Positions 1 through 14,325 are shown, counted from the first letter of the whole stretch. The stretch is DNA of 62,829 bases, filler included, from Rhabdomonas costata (GCA_019059605.1; 22 parts of 22 records of this genome joined end to end with filler, not necessarily neighbours in it), one strand, 5' to 3'. Translations and numbers: made by a program. Notes: a model not told the origin generated them from the sequence alone.

Positions 1-2759
1 GGGTGGGTGTAGCTGGGCGTTTCTCTGCTTTTGGCGGACACCTAGCAAATGGAGAAAGATAAAGTGAATCCAGCTCCCCTCTCTCCCTTTGAGAAGTGAC
101 GGGTTTCTGTTCTGTTGTGTGTGCACCGGACTTTGTTGGCAAGCCAGAGTGTTCTTTTGAGCATGCATTTGGTCATTTTGGTCATTTGGTCAGCAGCCCG
201 AAAATTGAAAGACATACGTTGCGGAATGCCGGACCTCCAAAATACTCTTCAGTCCCACGATCTGGGGGAGCCTCTGTATATAAAGCTGTGATTGCAGTGG
301 AAATAACAAACCCAAAAGGCTCAGCGATACAAAGACTGGGCGTGTAATGTTTTCTACAATGGCTGCTGTCTGCCTCTTTGGAATCTTCTGCCTTTGCAAG
401 CTTTCGATTGATGCACGGAGGATATGTGGTGGTGATGCCTCCGGTTGCGCAAAACCAGGGTGCCGCCTGTCCTTCAAAATAGAATTTTAATATATTTGGA
501 ATTTTAATATATTTGTTAAAAGGTGGTTATGTAAATCTTTGATGGGCTTGCGTTTCAGGATGGCGACAGGTCCTATGGTCCCATTTCCAACCTCTGGTTG
601 CTCCTTACTCCCGCGATTTAGGAAACCTTTGCACATAAACCTTTCGGTGCAGTGGAAAAAACGCGAACGAATGGGCACAACTGTCCCTAAGTCAAAGAAA
701 AGCTGCACGAGAGAAATGGAAAGTTTGAGTGTGTGGCTTCATGAGGTGACAGTGTTTTCCCCAATTGCTGCTGCCTTCTTCCCTACCATCGGTGAGGTTC
801 TGCCCATGGGAAGGCCGTGCCTCAAGCGCGATCAAGAACGTCACATGCAACGAGATGCAAGACGATTGCTTCCACCCTCCTCTCGCAGCTCTTGGTCGCT
901 CACTTGGAGGGGTCGGAATTATGTATTTATTTTCTCTGGGCAAGAGTGCCTTTCGCAGAACCCGCCAGCCCGAAAATTCACGCCGCTAATCATGGACAAA
1001 ACGGAACTCCCATAAAAAGGCGGGGCTTAAACTGCTTGAGTGCAGTCAAGGTCACAACCAGCCCCATGGAACCAACCATCACCATTTTGCATTGCCGAGT
1101 TTTCCGCGTGTCTTTCTCCGTGTGCTGGCAGTTCCTTTCCTCTCTTTCTCCATTCTCTGCAATTAAGGGCCTTGCCCAGAACCTCACACGAACGATGCCC
1201 TCCCAACGCAAACTTAAGGCCAACACGAGGAAGGTTCGCTGCAGCCTTCTGGTCCCACCCCAGCCTTGCCCCATGTGCGGGACCACACATGCCACGGTTG
1301 GTGGCCAGCACTGGTGTGAGGGTAGAGGAAGGGATGGAATGGGATTGGATTGGCAGGGGTTAGATTGGGAGCATGGAGGAGGCGGATGCGAGACAACGCA
1401 CACGGGCGCTAATTCCCCCTTCCCATGTGCCACAACGGTTTGCAGCCACCGCCACAACATATGTCGATTGTGATCATCGGCTCCTTTCTACTGGACTTCC
1501 CCCCCCCCTTAATTTTCCGAAAAATGAGGTTCTTGATCGAAGCTCAGGAGCGATCGTGGGTAGGATCAACGACGACCAAGCAACAAGGTGTTACATGTGG
1601 GTGCGATGGGTGGTAAGGCGGTTGAGTGTTCAACTGCAAATCAACACTCCTCCGAATGTGGGTTGCAGAGCCTACTGCAAACCTTTGTTACCTCAGGGAG
1701 TAGTGGTCCGAAGCAGAAGATTCAGAGTGATGAGCTGAGGAGCTGAATTGTAATTCTCTCTAACTATCTTCTTCTGGCTTGGGGGCACCTCTTCTGCGGA
1801 TCCCCCTCTCCCTCTCCCTCTCCTTACGACACAGCCCGCTCCGAGTGGAGGAGCCGGCCGCCCCAAGCACCCCTTCGGCATGTTCCTCCTCCTCATGCTC
1901 AGCGAGCGTGGGGTGGTCCCTGTACCACTCCTCCTCCGCCTCAGAGGCGGCGGTGTCCCTTGTGCGTCAGAGCCTTCTGGTAAGTAGCATCGCCTTCCCC
2001 CTCTGAAAGGGTCGAAATCCTTTCGAAATATACCTCAGTGGGTTGGAACGCGGGAACGCCCAGCGCAATGGTGACTTCATCTTGAGTTGTATTGCGCCCT
2101 CTCCCTTGGTTTTCGGCTTCAGAAAGACCGAGCGAAACCCTTCGGAAAGTCCACGGATTCCGGAGCCCCCTCCCTCCGTGCACCCGTCGTGATGCACATG
2201 GGAATGTTTTCAGACCAGAATGCCAGCCCACAGCGGTGCTAACGTGAATGGTGACTGCCCTCCCTGAGTTCCCATGTGGGTGGGTGGCTCCAGGACAACC
2301 TTGCCCAGTTCGGGCAGCTGGAGCAGGTGTTCGACCCGACCGAGAGAGACACACAGTATGGGCCCCACGCTCGCACGTACACACACACCAATACAAACAC
2401 ACACTCTCCCACAGGCACGCACAGAGAACGGAAATAAATGAAGTACGCCAGAAGGAGTACACTGGATGTCATGGATAGGCAGATAAGCCTCCCAATCCCG
2501 CTCAGTTCGACCCCACCCTCATCCAGGCATACACTCCAGCCTCAATCATTCACAAACAAACGCCAGCCCAAGTCCGACAAAATACGACGCGTGGGCATCT
2601 GTTGGCACAAACGGAGCGGCGCCACAACTCCCTTTTTTGGCACACCAACAAGAACCAGAAAAGGCCTCCACAAGGCGAGAAACGGCCCTAAATTGGTCAC
2701 AACAGCAGGTCTAAACAACAGCCTTCTGGACCACTCCGGTATACCCCTAGGCTCTACCC

Positions 2760-2859
2760 NNNNNNNNNNNNNNNNNNNNNNNNNNNNNNNNNNNNNNNNN
2801 NNNTTAATTAATTAANNNNNNNNNNNNNNNNNNNNNNNNNNNNNNNNNNNNNNNNNNNN
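2760..2859. other. Artificial contig linker N44-TTAATTAATTAA-N44 (first of 21 copies)
   Basis: The same 100-nt spacer with stops in all frames recurs at 5620, 8480, 11367, 14226, 17086, 19986, 22843, 25702, 28561, 31411, 34269, 37126, 39983, 42840, 45697, 48554, 51411, 54268, 57123 and 59974. Adjacent contigs are unrelated. Confidence 0.99.
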
Positions 2860-3347
2860 TTGTGTTGTGGGGGCCTTTTGTCCGAGTCGTTGGTGCGAAA
2901 CTCTGGCACAATCTGCGAGCTCTTTGTGGGGATCTACCAGGCTTGGGCCTTTCCCTTTCGTCCGACAGAGTTCTCATTTCCAAGCCTCGGAGGCCGGCTC
3001 AGCTGCCCCAGAGGGCCTTGCTCCTGTTTTCATCTGCTTTGCCCTAAGTTGTTGAGTTGTGCTCGTGTTTGCGTTGGATGGAGTACTTTATTGTTCGTTA
3101 CAGTTGCGCTTGGTGCCGTCAGTGATGCCTGCTTTCCCCTTCGTTTCAGCTCTCGCGCTCGTGCCTTAGGTTAAGGCGGTGGTTTGCGCTGGGCTCTATC
3201 CGAACCTGATGAAAGCAGTGCCCATTGCCGGCAGCACGGTGCCCCCCGCCCCTTGCTTCCTCATTCGATGAGTTGACTGGTTTTGCATGGAATGTCTGAA
3301 GGGAAGGAGGATGTTGTTCAGATAATGGGGGCCAGGGAGGCTATAGT

Positions 3348-3386
3348 TAGGTAGGTAGGTAGGTAGGTAGGTAGGTAGGTAGGTAG
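3348..3386 (+). repeat. (AGGT)n microsatellite
   Basis: About 9 tandem AGGT units seen directly. Confidence 0.9.
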
Positions 3387-3560
3387 TTAACTAGATAGTT
3401 AGGTAGAATATTTTGCTCGTTAGGGGCACTTTGAAAATGGCATAAATGTTTGATGGGGCGTTTTGCCGAAGTGAACTAAATTAGCTCGGCTTGCGGTGAA
3501 CTTTGCGCTTAGGTGGTGCTGTTCAAGTTTGTCTCATTTTTTCGTTTTTGGTTTGATCAG

Positions 3561-4539
3561 AGGTACAGGTTCACCGTGGCAGGCAACGAGGAGGTCAGCA
3601 TTCACCCCAGCTCCGTGAACGTGACCCCTGGCATTGTGTTTGACTCCCCGTGGTTCACGTACTTTGAGAAAGTCCGGAGCCACCAGGTGAGCCAATGCGG
3701 AGGATGGAGAATGGATCTTGAGACAGTGTCTGGGGGAGGATGTGACCTTTTGCAAGTAAACTTGGAGGTTTTCTACTTCTTAATTTGCTGCAGCATGCTG
3801 TCAAAGAATGCTCCAAGCATTGTGTCAGGGGTTCTGTCTTTCGATCTCCGATGGACGATGAAGCATTACTAACCTCCACAAAAAGGTCTTTGTCCGCGAC
3901 TGCAGCACCGTCAGTCCCGTTGCAGTGGTTCTGTTCGGGAACACCGCGGAGGTGCTCCCCAAAGAGAGCGTCGTGTGCGTCAACGGGCAGGTGGTTGCTC
4001 TTCCCCTCCCCCTTGTGTATTCAATCTCCTTTATCGCGGTAGGTGTGTGATGCTCTCTGGGCCTGATGCGTTGGGGCATGAACTGACATCCGGCGGAGTG
4101 AGCGCGGTGTCCCTCAAGCACAGAGCCAGCCCGAATGGTCGAAATCGAAAACCACCAGTATAGCCACTGGAAGAAACTTAACCCTCGGACGTTCCTTGCT
4201 CAGAATCAAACGGCAGCCACGGAACCAAAAAAGTACTGTCTTCAGGCAACCCTCGTTTGGGTGATTGTAGCGGGTTTTCAGCAATGCCTTTTGTTTCTTT
4301 TCGCGATTGGTTGTGTGCGTGTGTTTCCTCAGTTTAAGGTGACAACCCCTCCGCGGTGTGGGTATGCCCTGTGCTGCTTCCGGATGCTGCTGGAGGTAGC
4401 ACTATGTCAGCGCGTTGAGGACTGCGCCCCGGGGCCCAGCGGGGCACTGGCGACAGCCTCTGCCCCACTTGAACGGATTCCTGAGCCCGAAGTTGACCGT
4501 ATTATTGCGATGGCAACTGCGCTCGTCATCTCTCACTAG
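3561..4539 (+). CDS. DEAH-box RNA helicase (DHX36/DHX57/DHX29-like), C-terminal OB-fold region, last three exons
   Basis: GT-AG exons 3561-3686, 3886-3990 and 4333-4539 splice in frame to EVSIHPSSVN..FDSPWFTYFEKVRSHQ|VFVRDCSTVSPVAVVLFG..|FKVTTPPRCGYALCCFRMLLEVAL..*, matching the OB_NTP_bind consensus. Confidence 0.85.
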
Positions 4540-5719
4540 CGCTGGTGGCGGTGAATCTTTTTCTTGCACGGTCCGATTTCCTTTTCCAAACAGGTGGCGA
4601 ACTCTAATGACGAACTCTAATCCTTTTTATGCGATATTCACCCTTCCGTTGCCGCCCACCGAAGAATTTCTGGTTGGCTTCTAGTAGTTGTTCCTAAGAC
4701 CCCAGGATGGAGGTTAACGGTATGTTTTTTGTGCGGTTTGAGATTTTCGTGATTGCAGCTGTGGGTTCACACGGAGGATCATTTCCTTTTCAACAGAAAG
4801 GAGGTTAAAATCTATGCAGTGCTCCACCATGGGATTTCTGAGCGTGTCGAGGTTCGAGCGTTGGGCGTCCGGGAAGATGCTATAAATTTCGCCTCATTGA
4901 CTTTGGATGCGAGACCGCACGGGGGCGTTCCCTTTGCAGCAAAGCCTCAAAAAAGTCATTACATCCCTGTGGTTTTTTGCTTGTTTTGATTTTACTGTTC
5001 GTTGCCCGACAATAAAGATGCTGCCGTTGAAGCCTTTCATATCGCGGCAGACAGTTTTTCCCTTTTTCCGCGCTTGTTCAATGCAGCAACGGATTGATTC
5101 ATCATGGACCTTTGAACTGCTTTTAATGCTTTGAATCTCTGCGAAGGAGCCATGGCTGCGCACCACGAGAGCAGCGCTGACTTTTTTGAGGTCGCCTCTG
5201 GGAGGTCGTCGTCCGTTTCGACAGAAATTTGTTGCGAGCTGGACGCTTTTACCGGAATTCCCACAGGTTCGCTGTATTCTTTTGAATGGTCGGACGGCAC
5301 GTGTGCTCCATCAAAGTCCCGGGTCCTGCCCAGCATGACAGCTTGAGCTGCTACTTTTGTGCCATCGAAGCGTAGTGTGCACAACCTAGGAGGTCCAATT
5401 TAACGGAACAGGCGTTATCCGAGGAGATCTGCTCTGCCTTCGTTTTTTTCGAAATGAATATGTCCGGTTCCAAGTCAACGCATTCTGAGGAATGACCAAC
5501 GACACTGTAGCACATCCAGCATTTTCCTGTGTGTAAGCCCGTGATCAGTTCCATCGTAAATTCCCCTGTATTGGATTTGGGGGACAAAGAGGGCTGTGGT
5601 GGTTGTGAGAGACCGCAACNNNNNNNNNNNNNNNNNNNNNNNNNNNNNNNNNNNNNNNNNNNNTTAATTAATTAANNNNNNNNNNNNNNNNNNNNNNNNN
5701 NNNNNNNNNNNNNNNNNNN

Positions 5720-8479
5720 GGGTTTTGGTGCAAAGCATGGACAATCTCCGCTCTTCCGCCTGATGGTTTGCAAGTGCCACCGCATCGAACCCTCTTCAAG
5801 GGCGGCCCGGCACAAAAAATAGAACGAAGAAGCCCTCATACAGTGATTGCGCGGGAATTCGCAGTTCACCGCGCGACAATCGCCGCGAATCACCGTTTAG
5901 GACCCACGAGCACGAGCGTGATCGAGACCGTAAAAGGAGCGGCCGGAGCAGCAACTGGGAACGCGACCGAAACTGAGCATGATAGAGTCAGAGACGGAAG
6001 CCACAACGCGGAGACGCCACAGACGCACCCCACCACGTGAAGAGTCGTACTACCGTACTACACGAGGCCCTCGTCTCCTAACCGGGACCGCCAGGAAGGT
6101 AGGCCTAACGATACTCCAAGAGAACCACAAGCAAGGCGAGGTAGGCCATTTTATCAAGGAATGTTCAGATAGTAGGAGGGTTTCGCCCAGAGGAACGTGA
6201 GTGGTGGGGATGGTAAGAGGCCGAGTTTTGAGAGGTTAAACTGGGGCGGTAGGTGGGCGCCTGTCTCCCGAGGAGTGTGCGAGCCCCACGCCACCTATGA
6301 GGTCAGAGCGTGTAGTTGTATGAACATGGAAGAGTCACACACAAAGTACCATACCAGTACCAGCACCAGTACCGGTGCCAGAGATGATTCAGTGTTGAAC
6401 TAGTCGTCAGAAGCTGTTATCGTCGTGGATGAGTCACCTCCAACAAGCTGCCTGCTTCCTTGCGTGTGTTGCGCATTGTACAGTAGTCCAATTAGTGGGT
6501 GGAGTCGTTATAGGAATCACCAGGTGTGATCCGGACGGAGTGCCCACCTAAAACAGATGGAAATGAGATGGGAACCGCCCAGTACTGTCATCAACGTGCG
6601 GTACGCCAGTGTTATGGAAGTCGGAAGTTTCAACTCAGACATCATTTCACCTTCCAAATACCGACGTTTGCGAGGAGCGACGTTCGTACCTTCATCGTCC
6701 CCGACTAACGTGCGTTGCGTAGCTTGCACCACCTCCGGAATGCCAGCCGGAGTCTCTGCCGCGTGAACTGCAGGCAGAGCCCCCGTTGGGCAACCCAATC
6801 TCGCTGTTTCGTGATTTTCAACCAGCGAAAGTGGGCAGTGTTTTGCGGGCTTTTGAGTCATCGGCTGAAATATAAACCGGAGCCAGCGGCTCACTGCCTA
6901 GTAGCCTCCCCGAGTTGCGAGATGCATTCTGTCCGTCTTGTCTTCGTCTCCTGTACCCAAGAGTGAGAATGGGGAGTGGGGAAAATGGCACTTTGACCCA
7001 AGACCCGAACAATTGTTTCTTCCTGACTATTCCTCAATCTTCCTCCCAATCTGCTTCCCGAATCTGGCAGACGTTTGCAGTGACAAAATCGATCCACAAG
7101 CGCCAAAACCTTGCTTTTCCTACCACTTACCTGTGGAAATCATACCTTCCATTCCCTTCTGGATTTGTGCGCCACGGACTGTTTCGGAGCATCACATTCC
7201 GCGAGGACTATTAGAGCCTTTAAAAATTCCCAAACAAAAATGGGAATCGGTCTCTATGGACTGGACGGTTGTGGATGAGTGCTCAACGCCGGTCACCTGC
7301 GGACCCATCGTATTCAATCAGATACTCACAGTGACAGAAAGGGGAACTAAAATGGTTCACCATATTGCTAACAACAAGCACCATATCGCTCGAATGACAG
7401 CCACGAAGTTTCTAAATGCAGTGGTTTGCTACCACGAGTTTCCACGAAGTATAGTCTCTGACCGTGACACCATGTTTACTAGTGATTTGTGGAAAACTCT
7501 TTGCGTGGCCATCGACATCAAAATACTAACTTCTATCCCCTACCACCCACAAACTAATGGGCAAGTAGAACGGACCAACCAAACCTTGAAGCAATAATTT
7601 CGTATATAACACCTCCAACAACCTACCATCCCATGGGTCCACCACCTGCCACTCGCCGAAATGGCCATCAACAACGCCCCAATTGCTGACACCGAATTCA
7701 GTCCCTTCTACCTTAACTATGGCTTCCATCACGTCATTTTGACAATGTACCCGACGGAGTCGATCACGAGGATTCAGAACAAGAAACTGTCAAGCAGTTT
7801 GTCAAGCGGCCCCACAAGTGATGGAGAGACGGCCTTTGATGAGAACCAGCAGCGTATGGTCCGACAAAGCAAAGTGACTACCAGTTTAAAGTCGGAAAAA
7901 TGCTTTCGGTCAATCAAAGCAAGCACCAGCGAAGCTTTGGACCTCTGACTCCCCTGTTGCAGAAAGCAGGAGGACCATTTTTCATCAAAAAGTTGTTAAT
8001 ATGACTTCTATGGAGCTGGACATCACACCAGAACTCCTCGGAGCGTGTAGTAGTGTGTAGTGTGTAGTGTGTAGGGCTAGCTGATCACTTACCAAGTTTG
8101 CATCAACAATCACACTGCCTTCGTGCCGGAAGGCGAGGACGACATCGACGATACGGGACCGTGACCACCAGGTCACAAAACCCCACAACCACCCAACTCG
8201 ATTCGACCTCAGTGTCATTCTCCCTCAACACTCACATCCTCACCCTGTTTCTCCACATCCACCACAACCCTCCGCTTCTCCTCCACCTCCTTCCCGCACC
8301 TCGTCGTTTGACTCCCGTTTGATGGTCCCTTTCGACGTCATTTTGCACTCCCTACAGCTCGCACCACAGCCCACTCTTCCACAGCCGGACCGCTTTTTTC
8401 TGCTTCATTCACTACACTTACGTGGCTATGCCGTACACATCTGTGGAACACTGAAGTGTACCACATGGCGATCAACAAC
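5720..8479 (+). mobile_element. Decayed Ty3/gypsy LTR retrotransposon fragment (gag remnant plus integrase)
   Basis: R/E/D-rich gag-like segment with a GHFIKEC zinc-knuckle remnant near 6140, an integrase core, and a GPF-type motif near 7970. Multiple stops and frameshifts. Confidence 0.85.
7198..7735 (+). pseudogene. Gypsy integrase core, interrupted
   Basis: GLLEPLKIPKQKWESVSMDW, PRSIVSDRDTMFTS, YHPQTNGQVERTNQTLKQ*, then WVHHLPLAEMAINNA..FSPFYLNYG after the stop at 7595-7597. Confidence 0.92.
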
Positions 8480-8670
8480 NNNNNNNNNNNNNNNNNNNNN
8501 NNNNNNNNNNNNNNNNNNNNNNNTTAATTAATTAANNNNNNNNNNNNNNNNNNNNNNNNNNNNNNNNNNNNNNNNNNNNGGGGTTTTGGAAAGGGCATGC
8601 GGATGCATACCTACGTCCTTCGCCAGGATGCTGCAGACGCCCTGGATGTGTGGAGGGTCAAGGAAGAGAC

Positions 8671-9243
8671 CTCGCTAAGCTGCTTGGCCAGCCTGCGGTT
8701 CAGCTCCACCACGGCCTCCTCGTGCTCCTTTCCCTTGGCCTCCCGCTCGGCCTCCATCTGCTTCAGCTGCGGATAAAGAGGCAGCAAATGCTTCCATATG
8801 CTTTTGTTTGTACTGACACACGACGATGAAGGAAGATAAGAAATAGAGATTCTCACACCCAAAAGCTGAAAAGAGAGAAGCCACAGAACGGAAGCCCAGG
8901 AGTTACCCGAGAAGTGAGCTGTGCGATCATCTGCCGTCCAGCGTCGTCAGCCTTCAGCTCAGAGGCCTGTGCAAAGCAGCAAGGCGCACCCACAAAGAGA
9001 ATGTCCAGCAAGGTGCGAAGACTTCTGAGCAATAGCCTTCTCCAGATTTTGGTATAGATCCTGTGTGTACAACAGGAGAGAGATACAAGAATCTTGCCCT
9101 CCACGATCTCCACGGGTCTTGTCGGCAGCAAAACCTCAAAGCTGTACTACCATCAGCAGTTGCCCCCTCATACAGATACACATGCAAGAGGAACAAGAAT
9201 TGCAAGAATCGCGCTGGTGGAGGATGGGGGGCGCGGGAGTGAA

Positions 9244-9277
<34 letters not shown>

Positions 9278-11048
9278 GGGGGTCCTGCACACGCGTACCT
9301 CTTTTTTGAGCAGGATGTTCTCCTGCACGATCACCTCCTTGGACATCGCCAGCCGGGAGAGCTCATCTTCGAGCTTGACGACCTGCAGGCCCGTGGTCTT
9401 TGTGACCTCCGCAACCTACGGCAAAAGGAGGGAGGGAGTAACCACTCCACCGGGATATAAGGCAAACACGAAAAGACAGAAAAGAAGAAGAGATGACGTC
9501 ACATGGACCACATCGCAAAAAAAGTTCACTTGTGAGCGAGAGAGAGAAAGAGACAAGAAGAAGGGCAGAGAGAAGGGCGTCAGCACTGAGTACCGCAAAA
9601 GGGGTGCACACGGAGGCAGAAAAAGAGCGCTGCGGCGGTGCATGCGTTGTTTGTGAGGGTGCGGATGGTGGTGTCCAGGTGTAGCAGAAACCGTGCCGTC
9701 TCTCCCTTCCAGTGCGCCTTGAGCTGTGTGCATACAATCCGCATCTAAATTTGGAAAGCCAGGTATCATTTGAACCAAGTGCCACAAATCCTCCCCCCCC
9801 CCAAAAAAATATCATGGTTGGGCTTCAGCTTTCAACTGTGCTTCCTGTACGATCGGGACCCGGGCAGTTGAGTGGTGAGGGTTTTTAGTACAACGGCCCG
9901 AGGGGGGGGGGCGTGGGCGCATCACTCTTGAGGACTGGGAGAGCGTGCGTTATTATATGGAACCACTTTTTCTGTAGCAAGTTTTGGCTTTGTCACTATC
10001 ACGCGGATCAGGTTATGTGCGAAGGTGCGCACATTTTGATTCAGAAATATGACATTCTTCTGTCATTTGTTCTGTTGTTGTGTTTTTGTACGCTTTGCCC
10101 CATCGGCACAAGTGCTGCCAGAACGGTGACAAGATTGTGTTCGTGGGAGGCTTAACCACGGTTTCAGTCGCTGAATGTGCACAGAGGCAGATTCATTAGC
10201 TTGCCAAAACCCGAGAAAGATGGGACTGGACCGCAGCAACGGATACGTCGACATTTTTGCATGGAAATGATGCGCCTTGCTTATGGGCAAGAGGATGAGA
10301 AACCTAGAAAGGTCTACTTGCAAGAGATGTACCGCTTGCATGTCAAGAAAACATAATTTTAATTCTGTTCGAAAAGTGCACCCGAATACATGCGGAAATT
10401 AGGAACACGAATCTCCCACAGAAAAAAGTCGTCTTGGTGAAGTGCACGAATTTGTGGTTGTGGGTGTGTGCATTTGTTAATTTTTGAGCCAGACAAAAGT
10501 ATGCATGCCCTGCCAATGATAAAAGTCTGGTGACGCTCGGTCGTCGAAGTAAGATACCGTCCTGATTTCAACTCATCTCTTGCATACCTGACACATTCAC
10601 ATTACACACCTGCCAAGATCGGAGACGAGAAGGGTAGTGAACACCATTACATTGCAGAAGCACACTGGATCTCTTCGGGTGACGCCCCCCCCCCAAATAC
10701 CACCTCAGAATCAACCCAGCTCTGATGAGGGAAGCATGCGTTTGTTCACGTTTCAAAAAAAAAAGAGGTGCCTCTTCTCAAACTTGAAATGAGATAAAAC
10801 TTCTCAAATTTCAGAGTAGTTTTGTCGCTCCCCTTCCGCGTCGATATCCGCCAGAAACGGTGCACACAGCAATACAAGAGGAAATGGGAAAGGGGAGGAA
10901 AGAGACATGAAACGTGAATGGGGGGCACCTCTTTCCGGGAGATCTGCTCTGCGGAGAGGATCTCTGCACGGGCCCGTTCCTCGTCGCTGCCAACCTCCAC
11001 CCGTTGCTCCTCGTGCTGCTCCTTCAGCGCGGCCTGCTCTGCGGCCTT
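8671..11048 (-). CDS. Coiled-coil protein of unknown function (partial, multi-exon)
   Basis: GT-AG bounded E/K/Q-rich exons near 10930-11048, 9298-9415, 8906-8966 and 8671-8766 (e.g. LKQMEAEREAKGKEHEEAVVELNRRLAKQLSE). Confidence 0.6.
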
Positions 11049-12307
11049 CTGGGAAAAAACACGAGGGGGGGGGGCACGCACATGAGAGACGATGACAAAA
11101 AAGATAATAAATAACTCAGCTGGGAAAGGCAAAAGAGATATACAGGCGCGTGAAATCCTAATCTGGTGGAAAAAGCGTTCTTGCAAAGGGGAGAAGCAAG
11201 TCAATCCGATGCATGTCAGGTGCAGCTGGCTCCGACCGGTCTGCTGCTGCGCTATATCCACTTTGATTTTCGGACCGTAGCATAGCGATGCACACTGAGC
11301 GTGAAGGAAAGACGGATGCCCCTCCAAGCATCCCCTCTCATCCCCCCAACGCCCTTCCAACCACAANNNNNNNNNNNNNNNNNNNNNNNNNNNNNNNNNN
11401 NNNNNNNNNNTTAATTAATTAANNNNNNNNNNNNNNNNNNNNNNNNNNNNNNNNNNNNNNNNNNNNGGGGACTGGAACCTTCATTTGTGCCCTGCTTTGT
11501 GGGACCCTCATTCTCAGGCTGCTGCAAAAACTTTTATGATGGGTTTCAGTGCGCTGGGGCGTAAAAATTGCCTGTGTCTTTTGAAAAGCTTGCATTGGAG
11601 TGGTGATAGGTGATGTGGCTGAATATACGATTCAAACGAGAATGCTTGGTCGTGTCGGTTATTTTCCTATATTGATATTTACCAGGACTCGGGTGCCATT
11701 TTGAGCCTTTTCGGTTTCACTTTCCCTGTCTGTTGGGAGACTCAGACGAAAGCTTTGTGGTTGTGTGTTCTCCTTCTGTTTGTCGTCATGGACAAGTCGA
11801 TGGCCTGTTGACAATGTCCGCCGCTGTGCTGTCCTTCGGACTGGAAAGCGGGGCTAACGTGGCGAGCCAGGAGCTTCTTCTGGGTTCAGGTTGACTTCCA
11901 CATCCTCCAACTCCCTCAGCGTGTGTGCAGGTCGCTTCATTCTATTTCAAATGAAAGCAGAAAGGGAATTTGTGAAGGGGGCACCCCTCTGCAGAAGTGC
12001 ACTGTTGTCATCATTCGTGCCCTTTTCCACGCTGGCTGTGTCTATGTGCTCCCTAGATCACGGACACCTGAACAATTGTGGGTCTGTGTGTTGACCCTAC
12101 ATTTTGACCGTTGGCACTCATGTTCCAGCGATAACGAAAAGAGAACTGCAGTAACCATCACCTTAACCTTATGTTACGGTCCTCGGCTCTTCGGCAGCCA
12201 CAGCAGGCCGTTCCATTTTCTGGCGGGTTGTGTGGCTGTGGCGTATCTGGCGATGACCGATCACGCTTCTGGGTTCTTTCTCAGTTTTTTTCGCTTCTGT
12301 CGTTCAG

Positions 12308-13945
12308 GAAGTGCAGGAACGTCGGAGGCCCTTGCACTGAAGTACTCTGAGCTTGGCAGCGCTCTCATTCATGAAGGTTTCGGTGCCCCATTGTCCCATT
12401 GTGTATGTGTGGATATGGTGCAGATGCCTGAGGACGCGTGGGCCGAGACGCAGATGTGGACTTGAAGTGAAATGCGCTATCCGTCGAGGGTGGGGATCCC
12501 AGCGGGGAGCATCCAGAAAACGTTACCCGTGTGCGAAGTTATGTATGTGTTAGTAATGGATAAATATGAGGCACAGAGCTGTGTCCCTTATTCTGGTTCA
12601 CTGAGCAACGCGATCTCGAAGCGCTCAATATCCAGTTCTGTATGCCTTTAAATGTGTTTTCTGTTGCTCACCGTTATGTCCAGTTTTGCGTTGCGCCTCT
12701 CTGGGCACCTTTTGATCTTTGTGCTCATCTATGGAAAAAGACACTATCCCCAATTCAACTCGCAATTCGCTCCCGTATGATGATGCAAATCTTGCCCAGC
12801 TCCATCACAACTGAACCAGATCTTCGATTGCTTGATTTCCTGCCACTTGCAGAAAGAACTGCTGGTGGGAGGAGTGCGGGGAGGGGGATCCGCCGGTGCC
12901 TCAGGTCAGTTGGCCAGTGCAGAGGATGTTCTTCGCCGCGGGCTGGAGATCACGGAGCAGGCCGGCAGCGGGGGCTACTTTCCTGCCGCAGAATCATTGC
13001 GGTGTTCCCTGCGGGGGAAGACCTTGCGGTGCTTTGCCACCTTGGAGAGACGGTTTCCGCCCCGTCGTTCACTCACCTCCCCCGCGACGTTTTCGTTTTC
13101 GGCTTTCTTCAACTGCGAAATGATGTCGTACCCTTTTCCGATCAGAAGGTCTTTTTCTTGCCTTCGTTTTTCCTCTGTGGTGTGATGCTGCGCAGGCGCG
13201 GTAACCCTGAAGGGGCGGTTGCGTACCTGTTGGAGGCCAGCCGCTGCGAGCAGGCTTCGCCGCAGCCTATAACTCACCTTAACCTCAGCGCCTTGCTGTC
13301 TGAGCTGGGCAGGTGCAACCTTCTCTCCGACCCCGATAGCACCAGCAATGAGTGTGTCGAACAAGAGGACTTTTTTCTCCTATTTCTGTTTCTATAGCCG
13401 TGTGCCAACTCGGACAGCTGAAGCTTTGTGCTGGGCCAGACAGACACCAGGATCCCAGATCACCTTAGATGACATGCGGGGTGATTTCAAGGCGCCTTAG
13501 AGGGACGCTGAGAATTCTCGAGCGTCTTGCTTCGCGTGCCGAGATTTGAGGTGAAGTGACGGGAACAGCTTAACGGGTCTTTTTTACAGAGCAAAGCCTA
13601 TGTCAGCTCGTTTCAATTTGTGGCTTCGCACAGTGTTAAAAGTAAAATGAGAAGAAAATAATTGTAGCCAGTAGCGTTTGGGAAGTGCGGAATTACTCGC
13701 GGGTGGAAACACAATGGTAGTGCGTCATTTCTGGAGGATGGATTTCGCTTGTGGGGGCGATCTGGTCACCTGTTGCTGGTGCAGGCATGATGAAGCCACG
13801 GAGTTTGCGAAGCGAGCCGTGAATTTGCTGCCTGCCGATGGTGAGCTGCTGCCCCGCGACGCCCAGATGAAGGCCACGGCGTTGTACAACTTGGGCTCTG
13901 CCCAGCTGCACTCCACCCGAGAGGCAGAGCGCACAAATGCGGGCG
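12308..13945 (+). CDS. Tetratricopeptide-repeat protein (partial, multi-exon)
   Basis: Exons give GNPEGAVAYLLEASRCE..THLNLSALLSELGR|HDEATEFAKRAVNLL..ATALYNLGSAQ, a TPR helix-pair pattern, with GT-AG boundaries. Confidence 0.75.
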
Positions 13946-14325
13946 GTGCGTGTTTGTGCATTGAGAGACAGGTTTCCTTTTCTTATACGGCTACGTGCCC
14001 CCAAGGCGGCCCTTCTTTTTAAACCAAGTAAGCCAAACATAAAGAGAATAGTGCGCAAACGAGCTCCGACATGTTTTTCATGGTTTTTTTCATTTCAACG
14101 GCCGACTTTTTTCGGAGTTAGAAGCTCCTCTTTTTACCTTCAAAACATAAGATGTTGTTTAACGGTGTAACTGGATTCACATTTTTTCGACCCCTGGCGC
14201 GCTTGAATGCGGCGTACCCACACCCNNNNNNNNNNNNNNNNNNNNNNNNNNNNNNNNNNNNNNNNNNNNTTAATTAATTAANNNNNNNNNNNNNNNNNNN
14301 NNNNNNNNNNNNNNNNNNNNNNNNN

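Noticed and set aside
1770-2005. In-frame TGA before an E-rich coding-like minus-strand segment (possible stop reassignment)
   Set aside because: An alternative AG acceptor lies downstream of the TGA, and other nuclear genes here end in TGA.
2804-2815. Regularly spaced TTAATTAATTAA repeats resembling an array or CRISPR
   Set aside because: Always embedded in N44 runs. It is a concatenation linker.
4753-5619. Overlapping minus-strand ORFs, possible transposase remnant
   Set aside because: No catalytic motif could be recognised.
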